64,000 nt of DNA. It comes from Iphione sp. A-MEVVRFRX5. Lineage: Eukaryota. Below the pieces are notes generated by a model. That model was given only the letters and a program-made list of their open reading frames with translations. It searched no databases and was not told the DNA's origin. Positions within the stretch are counted from its first letter, which is position 1. Each line of letters starts with the position of its first letter. Where the stretch lies: positions 73,346,001 to 73,410,000 of the forward strand of contig OZ320315.1 of assembly GCA_976226885.1 (NCBI GenBank), in the 5' to 3' direction. Both the position numbers and the translations under genes were made by a program. Positions 12,387 to 23,735 of this stretch are shown here, piece by piece.

Positions 12387-12533
12387 GGGCCCCAACCATT
12401 ATTGTCAGGGGCCCAACTAGTTAGATAGAGGGCCCAAGCAGTCTGAAGAGGGGCCCTAGGGGCCCAAGCATTTGGTAAGGGGGGGCCAACCATTTTTGTA
12501 CAGGTGCCCAACTGTTGTACTTAGTGCCCCCAG
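12387..12533. repeat. Array of GGGCCCAA-like motifs mostly at 21-22 bp spacing
   Basis: Motif or variant at about 12387, 12409, 12430, 12451, 12460, 12482, 12504 and 12525. Confidence 0.6.
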
Positions 12534-14438
12534 GTCTGATTGACAGAAGAGGCAGACAAGAATAATGTTGAATCAACTTTATTCCATTTTTGGATACATT
12601 GATCTGATCACATGATATGTGTATCTGCTATAAATATGGCCCCTATGTGGCCAATAAACCAGTCTGCACTTGGAGCTACCTTGTGGAACTTGTCTTTATG
12701 GGGATGCTAATGAACCATTAGCTACTTGGAGTTACCATTATGTGGGATAGCCAATCGGATTAACTGAAGGAATACTAAGCCAGAAATACTAATACAATAG
12801 CTGGATTATTTCCAAGTAGAGTGACAACACACATTAATTCACAGATGAATAATTATTTTGTCATCTTTCTGCTAACGTTTTGCAATAGCTGCTGCATTGA
12901 TTTAAGTATAATTCTGGTATTTCCTTACCACAATCCACAGGTAATTCCTCAGCCTATAGGGATGGTCCACTATGAAAATAAATTGCTTGTCGATGTCTCC
13001 TAATGGGTATTTCTCATTTGCACTAAAGGATAATGAAAAACATACAAACTTATGGAAGAGTACTTCTCCAAAAGTTTTCGTGAAATATACTTCTGTAAGC
13101 TTCCTTTACAGCGTATAACAATCAGAGTTAACTTCAATATACGTATATGTATGACATGTATATTGTATAACACCTCTCTGTACCATTTCTGTAGAACAAT
13201 TGACCGATTCCTGAATGACATTATTATGATATGAAATTACATTGTTTACATTCACGGTAAAATTTAGGGCATTTACATGGTGAGTTCATGGGACTACTTT
13301 ACAGGGCTGTAACTTCTCTGTAAATCAAGCTAGGAAAACAATCTATAGCTCATACTATTCCTCAGTTTTCATTTGGTAAAAGTTTTATCAAAATTGGACC
13401 ACTAGAAGATGGTCATTTGAGCTTGGAAAGAAACCTCCTATCTTTACTTTTGTACTGGCAGCATGTGGGCTGTCAAAGTCTAATCTGTGGCTGCCATAGG
13501 CTGTTGTAGCATCATTCTACACTGAATGATGCGAAAAGGCGATCGGCTCGTGGTACATACTTTGACAGGGGAGCCTGTTCAATTCGTTAATTTATTATCA
13601 CATTGATGGTTTATTAATATTGCAGAAATTTTGAAACATTCTCAAATAGCTTACAGAACAACAGGATAAACATGTAAACATTTTGCTATACTGTAATTGG
13701 TCTGATATCTCATTTACTGTTAAAGACCTAAACCTAGTGTTAAATGACTAAAAAACTGAGGGCCATTACACCTAGTGTTGCACTTGGTGTCGCAGCTGGT
13801 GTTCTATCATTCATGTCATCTATACTTTCATGTTCGTTAGTAATGTAGTCCAAGGTAAAGTACAGATTTTGTGTGATCAGAATTACTGATAAGGGCCTCG
13901 TCAACCACCTTGATAGCAAATCCATGATTACTACAGAAGTCTATTTGAAAAGTTCCACCACCTCCATAAGTACATGCATAGAAAGGCAACGTTTATGTAG
14001 CATGTGCTGATTTGAGATACCTTGGCACAAATAAAGGTACATTTTGTGCTGAATCATCTCATCTCTATACAAACAAAAAGATACACCATGATTTCTTCTG
14101 CAGTTAAGACGTACGTACATGTACAGTATTTTAACTCTCACATACTGACTAAGCTTTCAGCAATTTTGAACGAATATAGGACTTCTTTCACATGCATTTA
14201 TATGGGAGACAACTAGAAGCAACGCTGATATTTTGGCATATTTCCTCTAGTCCTATACAGATCTATCTTCGAATTGCAATGTGGCGGTCACCCAGTATAT
14301 CCATTCACCCAAAGTTTCCCTAATTACGAGGGTACTGAATGCAATGAAAGAATATCCTGAATCAGTGTTCTGACTGGAGCGTGAAAAAGTTGAAAGTAAT
14401 ACTTGGATATATTACACTGACACGTCATTATTCTTTGC

Positions 14439-14452
14439 ATTAGGAAAAAATG
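14439..14452. other. Target-site duplication (left copy) of the Penelope element
   Basis: ATTAGGAAAAAATG, identical to 19559..19572. The last few bases overlap the repeat edge (microhomology). Confidence 0.75.
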
Positions 14453-14643
14453 GTTCAGATGTAGGTAAACACACAAACACAACTAGGTGAATTTGAAGTT
14501 TGATGATTTTTAATACCCAACGTTTCGGACATAGGTGATGCCTTCTTCATGGGTGATTTTCTTGGGATAAATGTACTCTAAAGTAGCTATTTGGAGCCCT
14601 TAAGGGATTACCATACACTTCTATGTTAACTTTCAACGAGTGT
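14449..14643 (-). repeat. Penelope pseudo-LTR (3' copy)
   Basis: Near-identical to 19353..19546 with scattered substitutions. Confidence 0.92.
14512..14559 (-). ncRNA. Hammerhead ribozyme copy with a core substitution (CUGAAGA to AUGAAGA)
   Basis: Same structure as 19416..19463, but the plus strand reads CTTCATGGG instead of CTTCAGGGG. Confidence 0.7.
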
Positions 14644-14955
14644 AAAAAAAAAACAAGTCCATCTCTGGAATGTAAACTTGAAGTGTAGAGCGTTCTTGGG
14701 ATATATCAATAAAAGTCCATGTAAATATTATGAGGTAGTTGTTGTTCATGCCTTAATTATCACGAGCTTAAATCATCCTATGGACATGGAGAAATATTAT
14801 AGTGTACACGTCAATCATCACAGTCTCATAGTATTATAGTATGGCAGTGTGGATCACAGGTAATAACGCAAATTATCACAGTAACGTCTGACTATCGACG
14901 TTGTCATAACATCCGCTAAGGTAAAAAGGTTCATAAACATCTTGAGTAAAGCTAT

Positions 14956-15963
14956 CTAAACTTTCTTGGGGACCATAATCCCTAACCTTATCATCTCCTT
15001 TTTCATCGCCTCAGCTACCTGTTGGTTAAGTTTATGGATTATACGCAACTGATCACAAAGAACCTCATTGGCTGGTACTAACTTGTTGGGTGCTCTATGG
15101 TCCCCCTGGTTACCTGGCCTGTCTATGGGTGTAGGGATATACTCAGTCGTCCTCCTCTCCTCTGGTCTCGGGCGTTTCAGAGGGACGTACTCTGGTACAT
15201 AGGGTTCGTGAATTTTGCTAGCTGGTCTAGGGTGATGCTCTTGTCGGGGCTTATGGCCGCTGTTGCTCAGAACAGCTTGCTGGCGGTTGTCGGTCTGCGA
15301 TGCCCGGTTGTCAGGTCCCTGTTTAGATGACCAGATGTCGTTTGATAGCTGTCGTAGTGTCGAGGAAACCTTGCCTTGAGTCACTCTGCGATTGTTACGG
15401 TCTTGTTTGGTTGGTGGTGGTACCACCAGCGGCATTGATGGCTTGACTTGGTCGGGAGGGTGGGTAGACCCCTCCTTGAATCTGGCTGTGCTGTCCTTGC
15501 CCTCACTATCGCTTTCAGAGGAGCTTACTTGTAGATCGTCCTTGAGGTGTTCGTCGTCACTGCTACCGCTGTCAGTATCACTGTCAGACAAGCTGATGGC
15601 TCGTCCGTTAGATGTAGTCACAGGCCCTTGAGGTGGGGCTGGTTCTTGGCCCCCACGGTTGTTGATGTTCCTGGTCTTGTGTAGTCGTCCTGCTTGGACG
15701 GAGGAGTGTGCGCCATTTGGGTGGGAGCGCACTGTGTTGTCGGTCAGCGGTCTATTCTTGGGTTTCATGTTTGGGTGCTTGGTGAGTAACTCGGGAGTGG
15801 CTTTCGGGGTCTTGCGTGAGGTCTTGCCTTGTGTCACTCCCTCTACTCTCGGTTGCGGCGTTCTTGGCTGTGGTTGTGCGGGTGGTTGGCACTCTACCGG
15901 GTTGGTTCCTGGTGCTGTTGGCATGTCCACTGTTGTCTCAGGATTGGGGGTCTCTGTAAGCAA
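14956..15963 (-). CDS. 335-codon Pro/Gln/Ser/Arg-rich disordered ORF with an acidic Ser/Asp tract and a C-terminal helix; may be the frameshifted continuation of the zinc-finger ORF
   Basis: Long stop-free frame overlapping the zinc-finger ORF end by 26 nt; SLSDSDTDSGSSDDEH tract; ends VLCDQLRIIHKLNQQVAEAMKKEMIRLG. Confidence 0.6.
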   Translation of the reverse strand: MLTETPNPETTVDMPTAPGTNPVECQPPAQPQPRTPQPRVEGVTQGKTSRKTPKATPELLTKHPNMKPKNRPLTDNTVRSHPNGAHSSVQAGRLHKTRNINNRGGQEPAPPQGPVTTSNGRAISLSDSDTDSGSSDDEHLKDDLQVSSSESDSEGKDSTARFKEGSTHPPDQVKPSMPLVVPPPTKQDRNNRRVTQGKVSSTLRQLSNDIWSSKQGPDNRASQTDNRQQAVLSNSGHKPRQEHHPRPASKIHEPYVPEYVPLKRPRPEERRTTEYIPTPIDRPGNQGDHRAPNKLVPANEVLCDQLRIIHKLNQQVAEAMKKEMIRLGIMVPKKV

Positions 15964-16306
15964 CAGGGGCTGGTATCAGTCTAAAGCGTACGTTTGACGG
16001 TGTGATGTTTGGGTTGCGCCATAACTGTTTCAGTTTACTTTTCTTGTTACGGGCGACAGTGGTGATATTATTAGAGAGTTCAAACTTAAAGCCATGTGTT
16101 GAAATTTGATGTCTATGCAAGTTGTAGTGTTTAGAGTACGTGCGACCGCATGAGCAGATTAGCTTACCGATGATTAGGGCGTCGTCATCCTCATCGTGCA
16201 GATGCGCGGCATTAAGGTGTCTCATCAATGAGCGGTCGTTCTTTAGCCATGCTCGACATCTTGGTCGAGGGCATCGTTGTGGGTTAAGTTTTGGAGTGAT
16301 TGGCAT
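15938..16306 (-). CDS. Accessory ORF with two C2H2-like zinc fingers inside the Penelope element
   Basis: CPRPRC-x12-HLNAAH and CSC-x12-HQISTH. Likely ATG at 16306 (the track starts at 16378). Lies downstream of GIY-YIG and inside the repeats. Confidence 0.7.
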   Translation of the reverse strand: MPITPKLNPQRCPRPRCRAWLKNDRSLMRHLNAAHLHDEDDDALIIGKLICSCGRTYSKHYNLHRHQISTHGFKFELSNNITTVARNKKSKLKQLWRNPNITPSNVRFRLIPAPVAYRDPQS

Positions 16307-16481
16307 GCTGTTGGTGGTTGTTTTGGTACAACGAATGTAATTGCGACAGCGGAGAAGTTTCGCGGTCTGTCTCAGCATCCTAAGGTGGTTAAAATGAGCC
16401 GCTTGGGCACTTGCCTTGATGACGTCATAGAATTCGGTGATTGCGTCACGGGGTTTCCCTCATGACGCGGGGATGCCCTTG

Positions 16482-19307
16482 TTACAGATTCCAGTTCATG
16501 CCGTGCGGTGTTGTCGTGCCAAGTATGCGTACCCACGCTTCTTCTAGTCGTAGTCGTGTGTTTCTGTTGTTGGCAGAGGAGTCGATGATGCATACAATTA
16601 TTTCATTTGGATCGACATCGTGGTCTAACAAGTGTTGTACGCAAGGGTTGTCTTTCCGGTGAGTGTGTACATTGTACTTGTGTTCTCTGATTCTGGTTGA
16701 CACAGATCGCCCTGTTTCCCCAACGTATTGTGATTTGCACACGGGGCATGTTAACACATATACCGTACTCTTGGTGTTGCATGTGTTGTTCCCTACTATA
16801 TTGAATGTTTTCCCGGTGTGAGTGGAGGTGATTGTGTTACATGTCTGTATGTTTACGCATTCTCTGCACCTGGGCCTGAAACAGGGTCTGCTGCCTGCGG
16901 GGCGTGGTTCAGGTTTTGGGAATTGCGAGCTAGTTAGTATGTCACGGAGGTTTCTTGTGCGTTTGAAGGCTACAAGGGCTTTGTGTTTATGTACAACTGG
17001 ATTCCTTGCTTCACTGATGTAGGTGAAGGCTTGTTTGGTGAGTTTTGGGGCTGTGAAGTGTTTCGGATTGTATTCCAGTACAAATGGAATTACTGGTGTT
17101 GTCATTCCCTTCTTTTTGTTTAGGAGTTCGGTGCGATCCATGTCTCGGACCTTGGCAATAGCGAGTTTACACTTGCCATGCGGATGGCCACGTACGGTGA
17201 GTGCTTTGAGTAATTGTTTACTGCTCAGATCATAGTCTTCAATGGTGGAGCATATGGTCCATAGACGTATTGCTTGTGAATAAGCTATTGAGGATTTTTG
17301 ATAGGTAGGATGGTGTGATGAGTAGTCCAAATATAATTGGGCATCTGTGGGTTTGTGGTAGACCCTACTCTGTATGCAGTTGTTTGTGTCTCTGTAGATG
17401 GTGGTGTCTAAAAAATTGACAGTGTCACGGTTTATTTCATAGGTGAATTTGATTGTTGGATGCGCAGTGTTCAGGCGGTCTAGGCATGAGCGTACTTCGT
17501 CCTCGGTTCCTCTCCAGACGCTGAATATGTCGTCGATGAAGCGGAACCAAGCTCGTGGTTGTAAGGGTAAGTCCGCTAGCAGTTTTTCTTCAAGGTTTGC
17601 CATGAAGAGGTTAGCGTAGCAGGGGGTCATTTTGGTCCCCATGGCAGTACCTTGTATCTGTAGGTAGAACTTATTGTTGAAGGTTATTAGGTTGTTTTTT
17701 CAGAACTAAGGCAGTGAGCGTTGCAGCGGTTGTTGGATCCATGTGTGGCGATGGTGATTGGCTTAGTGTGCGTCTGATGGCCTCCACCCCTTCCGCATGG
17801 GGAATCGAAGTGTAGAGGTCACAAACGTCTATTGTAGCCAGTATTTCGTCTTCATGTAGTGTTTGTATAGTGCTCAGTTTGTTTAGGAAGTCAGTTGTGT
17901 CCCTGATGTAGCTTTGAATGTTCGGAAGGTAAGGTTTTAGTATTCGGTCTAAGGTCTGGCTGATGCGGTCTGTTGGGCTGTCAATACCTGACACAATGGG
18001 TCTCCCTGGGTTGTTAGCTTTATGGATTTTAGGTAGTAGGTAGAAAGCCGAAGTTCTAGGTTTCGATGGGATCAGGGTTTGGGCTGCATCTGGCGGGAGT
18101 TTGTTGTCTAGGATCAGATCGGTTAATGTTGTTCTGATATTGTTGATGGTTTTGTCAGTGATGTCTCCTGGTAATAGTTGATATGTGTCAACGTCAGATA
18201 GTTGTCGTTCTCCTTCAAGGATATAGTCTTCCTTGTTCATGATTACGATAGCCCCTCCCTTATCTGCTGGCTGGATGATGATATTGGGGTCCGAGCGTAA
18301 GTCTTGTATAGCTTGAATTTCCTCCTTGCTGAGGTTGTGTGTAGTTGGCCGTGATTTGGCCTTTTGCATATAGTGTATTAAGTGGTTGGATGTCGTATCT
18401 ATTTCGGGGCAGAGTCCCCCAGGAGGGGTCCACCTGGATGATTCTTTGGGGAGTATGTTTGACGAGGGGGCCCAGTTGTTGTCTTCATCAGAGAAATAGT
18501 GTGTAAGCCGCAAACGACGTGTGAACAGGAGGGTGTCTCTTAATGTATGCATGGGGTGTGGTGCTGGTGGTGTTGGGACAAAGCTAAGTCCCTTGCATAA
18601 TACGCTCATTTCAAATTCATTTAGTTGTCTAGTAGAAAGGTTCTTGACCTCTTTGCTGATTTGATGACTGGGTTGGTACTTCTTGAATCTGCGGTTTTTC
18701 TTTCCCGTCTTTCTTGGAGTGTGCGTTCCTGGTTGTCCTGCAATGTTTGTATTAGGTCCGTGATGAGTTGAGATACTTCTGGCAGACATGATTCTTGGAT
18801 GTGAGTTTGGTAGGTTGTAAGTTGCTCTGAGAGCGATATAATGCAGGAGTTGTAATAGTTGAGTAGCAGTTCTGTGAGTGTTCGGCTAAATTCGAGGTGT
18901 GCCTTCTCCCAAGATAGGGTAAAGTCCAAGTCCTGTTCAGGTACTTGGGCCGCTACCTTGGTCTGCAGGCCTTTAGGAGTAGTTTTGTTGTCTATGCATT
19001 GTTGTAGGTATCGACTATGGTGTTCTGCTTTATTTTTGCCGAGTGCCAACTTTCGGAGTATACAAAAGTATGGTACTGCAGCATCTGGAATACGCCGTCG
19101 TGGCGTAGGTGAAGGTGACCTAGAGGCGCGCTCTGGTATGTGGAGTGTGGTTGTGTTGTTGTTTTCCATGTGGTATTGGTTGGTTGCCTGACGGTTGGTG
19201 GTACCTGATGTGTCCAGATCCTTTTTGGGATGCGAGGGGAGAAATTCCGTGTGGAAATGTATTGAATGGTTGGTAGTCCCCAAATGGACACATTTGTCGG
19301 CAGTCAC
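16482..19307 (-). pseudogene. Penelope RT-GIY-YIG polyprotein split by two single-base frameshifts (track ORFs 18621..19307, 17671..18789, 16482..17642)
   Basis: HHSRYLQQC...PKGL; NLS...LCKGLSFVPTP; ADKGGAIVIMN; FYLLPKIHK...PGRPIVS; DVCDLYTSIPH; GTAMGTKMTPCYANLFM; WFRFIDDIF; FLD; YHKPTD; CFRPRCREC...TCNTKSTVYVLTCPVCKSQYVGETGR...RIREH...E...W...GMN. Frameshifts lie in A-runs near 18695 and 17697. Confidence 0.95.
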
Positions 19308-19352
19308 TCAAGTTGTGGATCCCGTGGTAGGATGCTCGTGTGTGGGTGGTAG

Positions 19353-19546
19353 AATGGTTCAGATGTAGGTAAACACACAAACACAACTCGGTGCATTTGA
19401 AGTTTGATGATTTTTAATACCCAACGTTTCGGACATAGGTGATGCCTTCTTCAGGGGTGATTTTCTTGGAATCAATGTACTCTAAAGTAGCTATTTGGAG
19501 CCCTTAAGGGACTACCAACACTTCTATGTTAACTTTCAACGAGTGT
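19353..19546 (-). repeat. Penelope pseudo-LTR (5' copy)
   Basis: Near-identical to 14449..14643. Confidence 0.92.
19416..19463 (-). ncRNA. Minimal type-I hammerhead ribozyme (core intact)
   Basis: Minus strand AATCACCC-CTGAAGA-A-GGCAT-CACCT-ATGTC-C-GAA-ACGT-T-GGGTATT. Stem I ACCC/GGGT, stem II GGCAT/ATGTC, palindromic ACGT stem III (dimer type), GUU cleavage triplet. Confidence 0.8.
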
Positions 19547-19558
19547 CCAAAAAAAGAA

Positions 19559-19572
19559 ATTAGGAAAAAATG
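19559..19572. other. Target-site duplication (right copy) of the Penelope element
   Basis: ATTAGGAAAAAATG, identical to 14439..14452. Confidence 0.75.
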
Positions 19573-22500
19573 TCTAATATCTGGTTGTTTCTGCTCCCAA
19601 CGTTTATTCTGATCAGTTTCAAAAGTTATTATATTTCAGCTTAAGGCAGAAGAGAACACATTTGTATTCATGTACATATAATATATGCAATATCCGAATA
19701 TCACCTCCGGATTAGCAGTTTGTATACCATCCTTTCTTGTTCGAACCCAATAGGGTATGAAGTGAAGATCTAATAACAAAGGTGCCCACGTATTAGAATT
19801 CGTGCAGTTTGAAACAATGGATGAGAGCATGTTTATGATACACCTCTAAATTCATTCAAACCCCTCGACTGTCTATATTAATTGCATTAATGATCGTCTA
19901 GACATCCTGCGCCTCTGTAGATAGTGGCATTTGCTTCTTGGTCTTCTCAGCAGTACCCCGCTGTGAACGGTCTTAAAGCTTTGTCCTGATTGGTCGGTAA
20001 GGATCATATAAAGACACATTTTGCCGTTGTTTTCAGCCTAACGTTGTCCTTGAGGTGGATGGCCCTTACAAAAGGTAGGCGATAAAAGTTCACTGTGACC
20101 AGAATACATCGATGCGCCTGAAACGTAAGATTTTAAGTTTTATCACACTTATACACCAATCAAATAAACCAATTCTAGTTTATCTGATTGAATTGGACTC
20201 ATCCTCCTTACCTTCCTTCCTCATTTACACCGTCCCTGTCCCTCCCAATAATGCTTGACACCTTGAATTGTTTCTGAGAGTGTCACTTTTTTATGATTTA
20301 CCGTTTTTAACGGCCTGCCTGATTACCGCTACGTGGTTCCTATCTCACCCAATACCTGACTGACAGCTTTAACCAAGTTCCCTGAAATCTTCTTACTCTA
20401 ACCGCAGGATACATCCTGAGATCGCTGTCCTCGGCTGAACCCGGCCCTGTCCTAGATATGAATTATATCGGATGAATTTTGAAAAGTCGCAATACGCTGA
20501 GCCGAGCTGATCTCCCTTTGTTCGCCGATCCCCTAAACCTTCGGACCAGCATCCCCATTGGTGAGAGGGATATATCCTCCTACAGTCGGGGTCTGACCTG
20601 TCTGCAAAGATCCATCATCACCCTGGAGACACTATCTATTCTCCCTAAATAGCTGAGGCGCAGCGCTGCACACAAAGAGCCTTTTCTGGCCAGCGGTCCG
20701 CCAACCGCCGCCGGATCAGTTGTCCGACTGATTTGTTCCTCGCCGCACTGTGTGGGACTTTCACTTCCAGTGGCCCATGTCTCGTTATAGCTGAGTCCAG
20801 ACTTCGAGATCAGGAAGTTCCCCTGGGAATAGGGAAGTCATCTCCAGCAGAAAAGGAAGGCCAGACTAATTTCTCCAAGTGTGGCGGAATATTGGTTGAG
20901 GAAAGAGGCGCCCCACGCGAATCACGTACAAAAAGTAAAGTAACCTCGCATGTTCCCCATTGAGGTACTTTCTAAGTGAAACACATTTTACCACATCTAG
21001 TCGTAAACATCAAAGAGAAGTCCTACACTTTGACACACACCGTTGATCAATCACGAAGACTGCACCAAACTGTCCCTAACCACATCCATCATCGCCGAAC
21101 TCATGGACTGTACCATCCTTTTATATGTGCGAAGCGTGAATCTGGCCGATATCATCTCGTGGTGTGTTGTAGCGCCCTGACGGGATGGATTGTGCTACTG
21201 CTGTGCCGTAGCTGTCTAACTGCATCATTTCCACGTTGAATTAGCGTCTGCCAGTTGTCAAGGTCATCGTCCTGTTAGAATGTCTGTATCTGTCGCAGGT
21301 TGGTTAGTCCCAGGTGACAAATTGGCCGAAGAAGAAAGGCCTGGCAAAAGAATACAAGACCCGCTTTCTAGCTAGATTCTCCACATTTGAGGTATTATTT
21401 GTACCTTAAAAAGACGAAGAATACCGTTTGTTTGGAATCGGCACCTAACAACCGAGAACATTCACGCCGAGGACGCATTCAACAAAATCGCCTATTTACT
21501 GTCTTACTTCTCATTGTCTGACGCTCCGATTTTTCACTCTTAAACGTTCGTTTTCCAGTGTTCATTTCATTCAAATTGTCTCCACAAATTAATGTAATTT
21601 CTAAAATCACTCAGAAGGGTCATCGATGCCTGTTATTGGACACTTTCCTGGCTTTTCAGTTCTTAGACCTACAGACGTAATTATATTCAGTTTTTGAGAA
21701 ACTGCATTTTGGACTCGTCCGGTTCTTACATGTGTATATGAGTCGGTGGACTTTCAAAAAGGTAGAACATAAGCAAATGCGAAAGATATTTTTGTCAAAA
21801 AATATTCCATGTCGTGCCAAACCATTCACCACTTCTAGACACCTTCCCTAAGGTAGAGGAACAAAAAGGCCAGGTACCTGCTTCATGAACGTTAGGAGAA
21901 ATTATTATGATAAAAGAACGATACTTGTGATACATAAAATGAAATGTCCGCACCCATAACAGGGGAAAGTCGTGAGAAATTTCATCACAAGTATTGTGCA
22001 GAGGAAAATATTGTTTACTGGTTCGCTCCGAATGATATTCTATGATGCCTCCGAATATGAATACCAATGAGTACAAAAACATGTTTTCCTTTTGTAAATA
22101 TTTTCCAACTATTTCAACGAGGAATAGTGGCAACATCGATGTCTGCTACTTCTTGTTCAGTTTCTACACTGTATCATTTTCAAGCCTAGCCCACGAGAGT
22201 CACCTATAATCATAACCTTTTCCTTCGGGAGTAATGTCTCGGGAACCAACTCACCTTGAATGCGTTTAGCTCCAATTATAAGCAAATTCTTTCTAATGGT
22301 TTTTCCTCGAAAAACGTTTCTTCTATATTAGTGGCCAGGGATGCCGTCGCCTTGGTTTCCCTTGGCCATGCTTGTAACAATAGTTTTTGTCCGTTCGTTC
22401 TCTGGAATTGCAGTGTTGCCGGCCACTTTCTTGGATAACATGCCAGTTCCATGAGCAGTTTCCGCTGCAAGCAGTCAGTTATAATTGCTTCATGCAACAA

Positions 22501-22819
22501 TAAGGGTTGACAGCACTAGCAGCAGGTTATAACTGCTTTATGTAACCATCAAAGTTAACTGCAGGAGTGGTCAGTTACAACTGCTTCGTGCAACTGTTAC
22601 GGTTGACTGGAAAAGTAGTCAGTCACAATCAGTTTGTGTGAGTTTAGAGGTGAAGTTTTCAGTTGTTATTCTGTTCTGGAACACGTATGCAAATACAGAG
22701 GTTACTCCAAAACCAAACACTCAAAAACCAAATCTTCCCAAATCCGAACAATATTTCTGGGGACGAAACGTTTTTCTCTCATTAGATACTCATATAACCA
22801 AACAATTTTATCTGAAATC

Positions 22820-22945
22820 TGACCGATTTTTGGATGAATTTGGGTCATTTTTGGACAAATTTGGCTCATTTTCGCCGATTTTCGGATGAATTTGGGTCAT
22901 TTTGGATGAATTTGGCTCATTCATTTTCGCCGATTTTCGGACGAT
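22820..22945. repeat. Imperfect tandem repeat (GGATGAATTTGG(G/C)TCATTTT / TTTCGCCGATTTTCGG units)
   Basis: Directly visible recurring 20-30 bp units. Confidence 0.75.
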
Positions 22946-23587
22946 TAAAGGTCACATGCATGATTTGATTTATTTGATTTTTATAGGTATGCATGGTCGA
23001 AGTAGGGCCTGGGGCCCCCTAACTGATCAAAATTGGCAGTGGCCTGAGGCCACTATTCGAAATCTGAATTATCCAAAAACTGAACAATTTTGGTGGAAAC
23101 GGCGATCGTTCAGTTTTGGAATTCTCTCTGTACACATGCACATATGCACACTGCACAAGTGGTCAGTTACAATTATTTCATGTAAATCATTAGGTGAAGT
23201 TGTCTCGTGTCATTCTGTTCTCTTTGAACACAGAGACATGCACAATGACTGCGACTTCCAAGACTGTTTTATTTCCTTCCAAACCAGTCCTTTTATATCC
23301 TTTCTAAGAGGTATTCCACCAATCGGAAGCCTAGCTCAGTTAGTTAACCAATCAAATGGTGGTTCCATGCTTTGCTACAAACTTGCATTTCAATAGAATC
23401 ATTTCAGCCAATGAAATTACATCTTCCAATATAAGATAGAAAGTTTTAGAACACCTGTTAACCAGATGTCTCCCTTCATATTTGGGAGTATGGGGTGTTC
23501 TCTAAGTAACCAATCAGGGACCTTTCACAAAATACCGAGAGTGGGGCAATCTCCCATTGACAAATCACAATAGATCAGCACAGGTAG

Positions 23588-23735
23588 AAATTTCAATGAG
23601 GTCACCCAGTTGCACTCACTGAGCCCCATATTTTGGTCTATGGAATGGTGGCATTGACAGTTGCACTCATTGACCCCAAATTTCAGGCTTTGCACTCATT
23701 GAACCCAGATTAGCAGTTTCACTCATTGACCCCTA
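23588..23735. repeat. Four copies of a TTGCACTCA(C/T)TGA(G/C/A)CCC-like motif followed by a CA-rich low-complexity tract
   Basis: Motif at about 23590, 23662, 23692 and 23718 (last copy TTTCACTCATTGACCCC); CA/TG-rich to about 23935. Confidence 0.6.

Larger units (their letters stand above)
14453..19558 (-). mobile_element. Complete Penelope-like element (Neptune-type) with direct terminal repeats, TSD and an extra 3' ORF region
   Basis: Direct repeats of about 195 bp (14449..14643, 19353..19546); flanking ATTAGGAAAAAATG at 14439..14452 and 19559..19572; RT and GIY-YIG with a Cys-rich linker. Confidence 0.93.

Noticed and set aside
7700-14400. Host protein-coding exons among the many 60-130 aa track ORFs
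   Set aside because: No recognisable domains or consistent exon chain. The ORF lengths are what chance would give in a 64-kb window.
15097-17235. Plus-strand ORFs over the Penelope element (also 2924..3175, 18859..19191, 60175..60828)
   Set aside because: Antisense shadows of real coding frames with no recognisable motifs.
18685-18705. Programmed -1 ribosomal frameshift in the Penelope ORF
   Set aside because: In the upstream frame the codons are AGA AAA ACC, which do not form an X XXY YYZ slippery heptamer. A homopolymer indel is simpler.
20300-21300. GC-richer coding-like stretch (also 25975..26707, 28632..29030, 48189..48509, 49200..49650)
   Set aside because: Looks like decayed element coding sequence, but I could not match any motif or termini, so no call is made.
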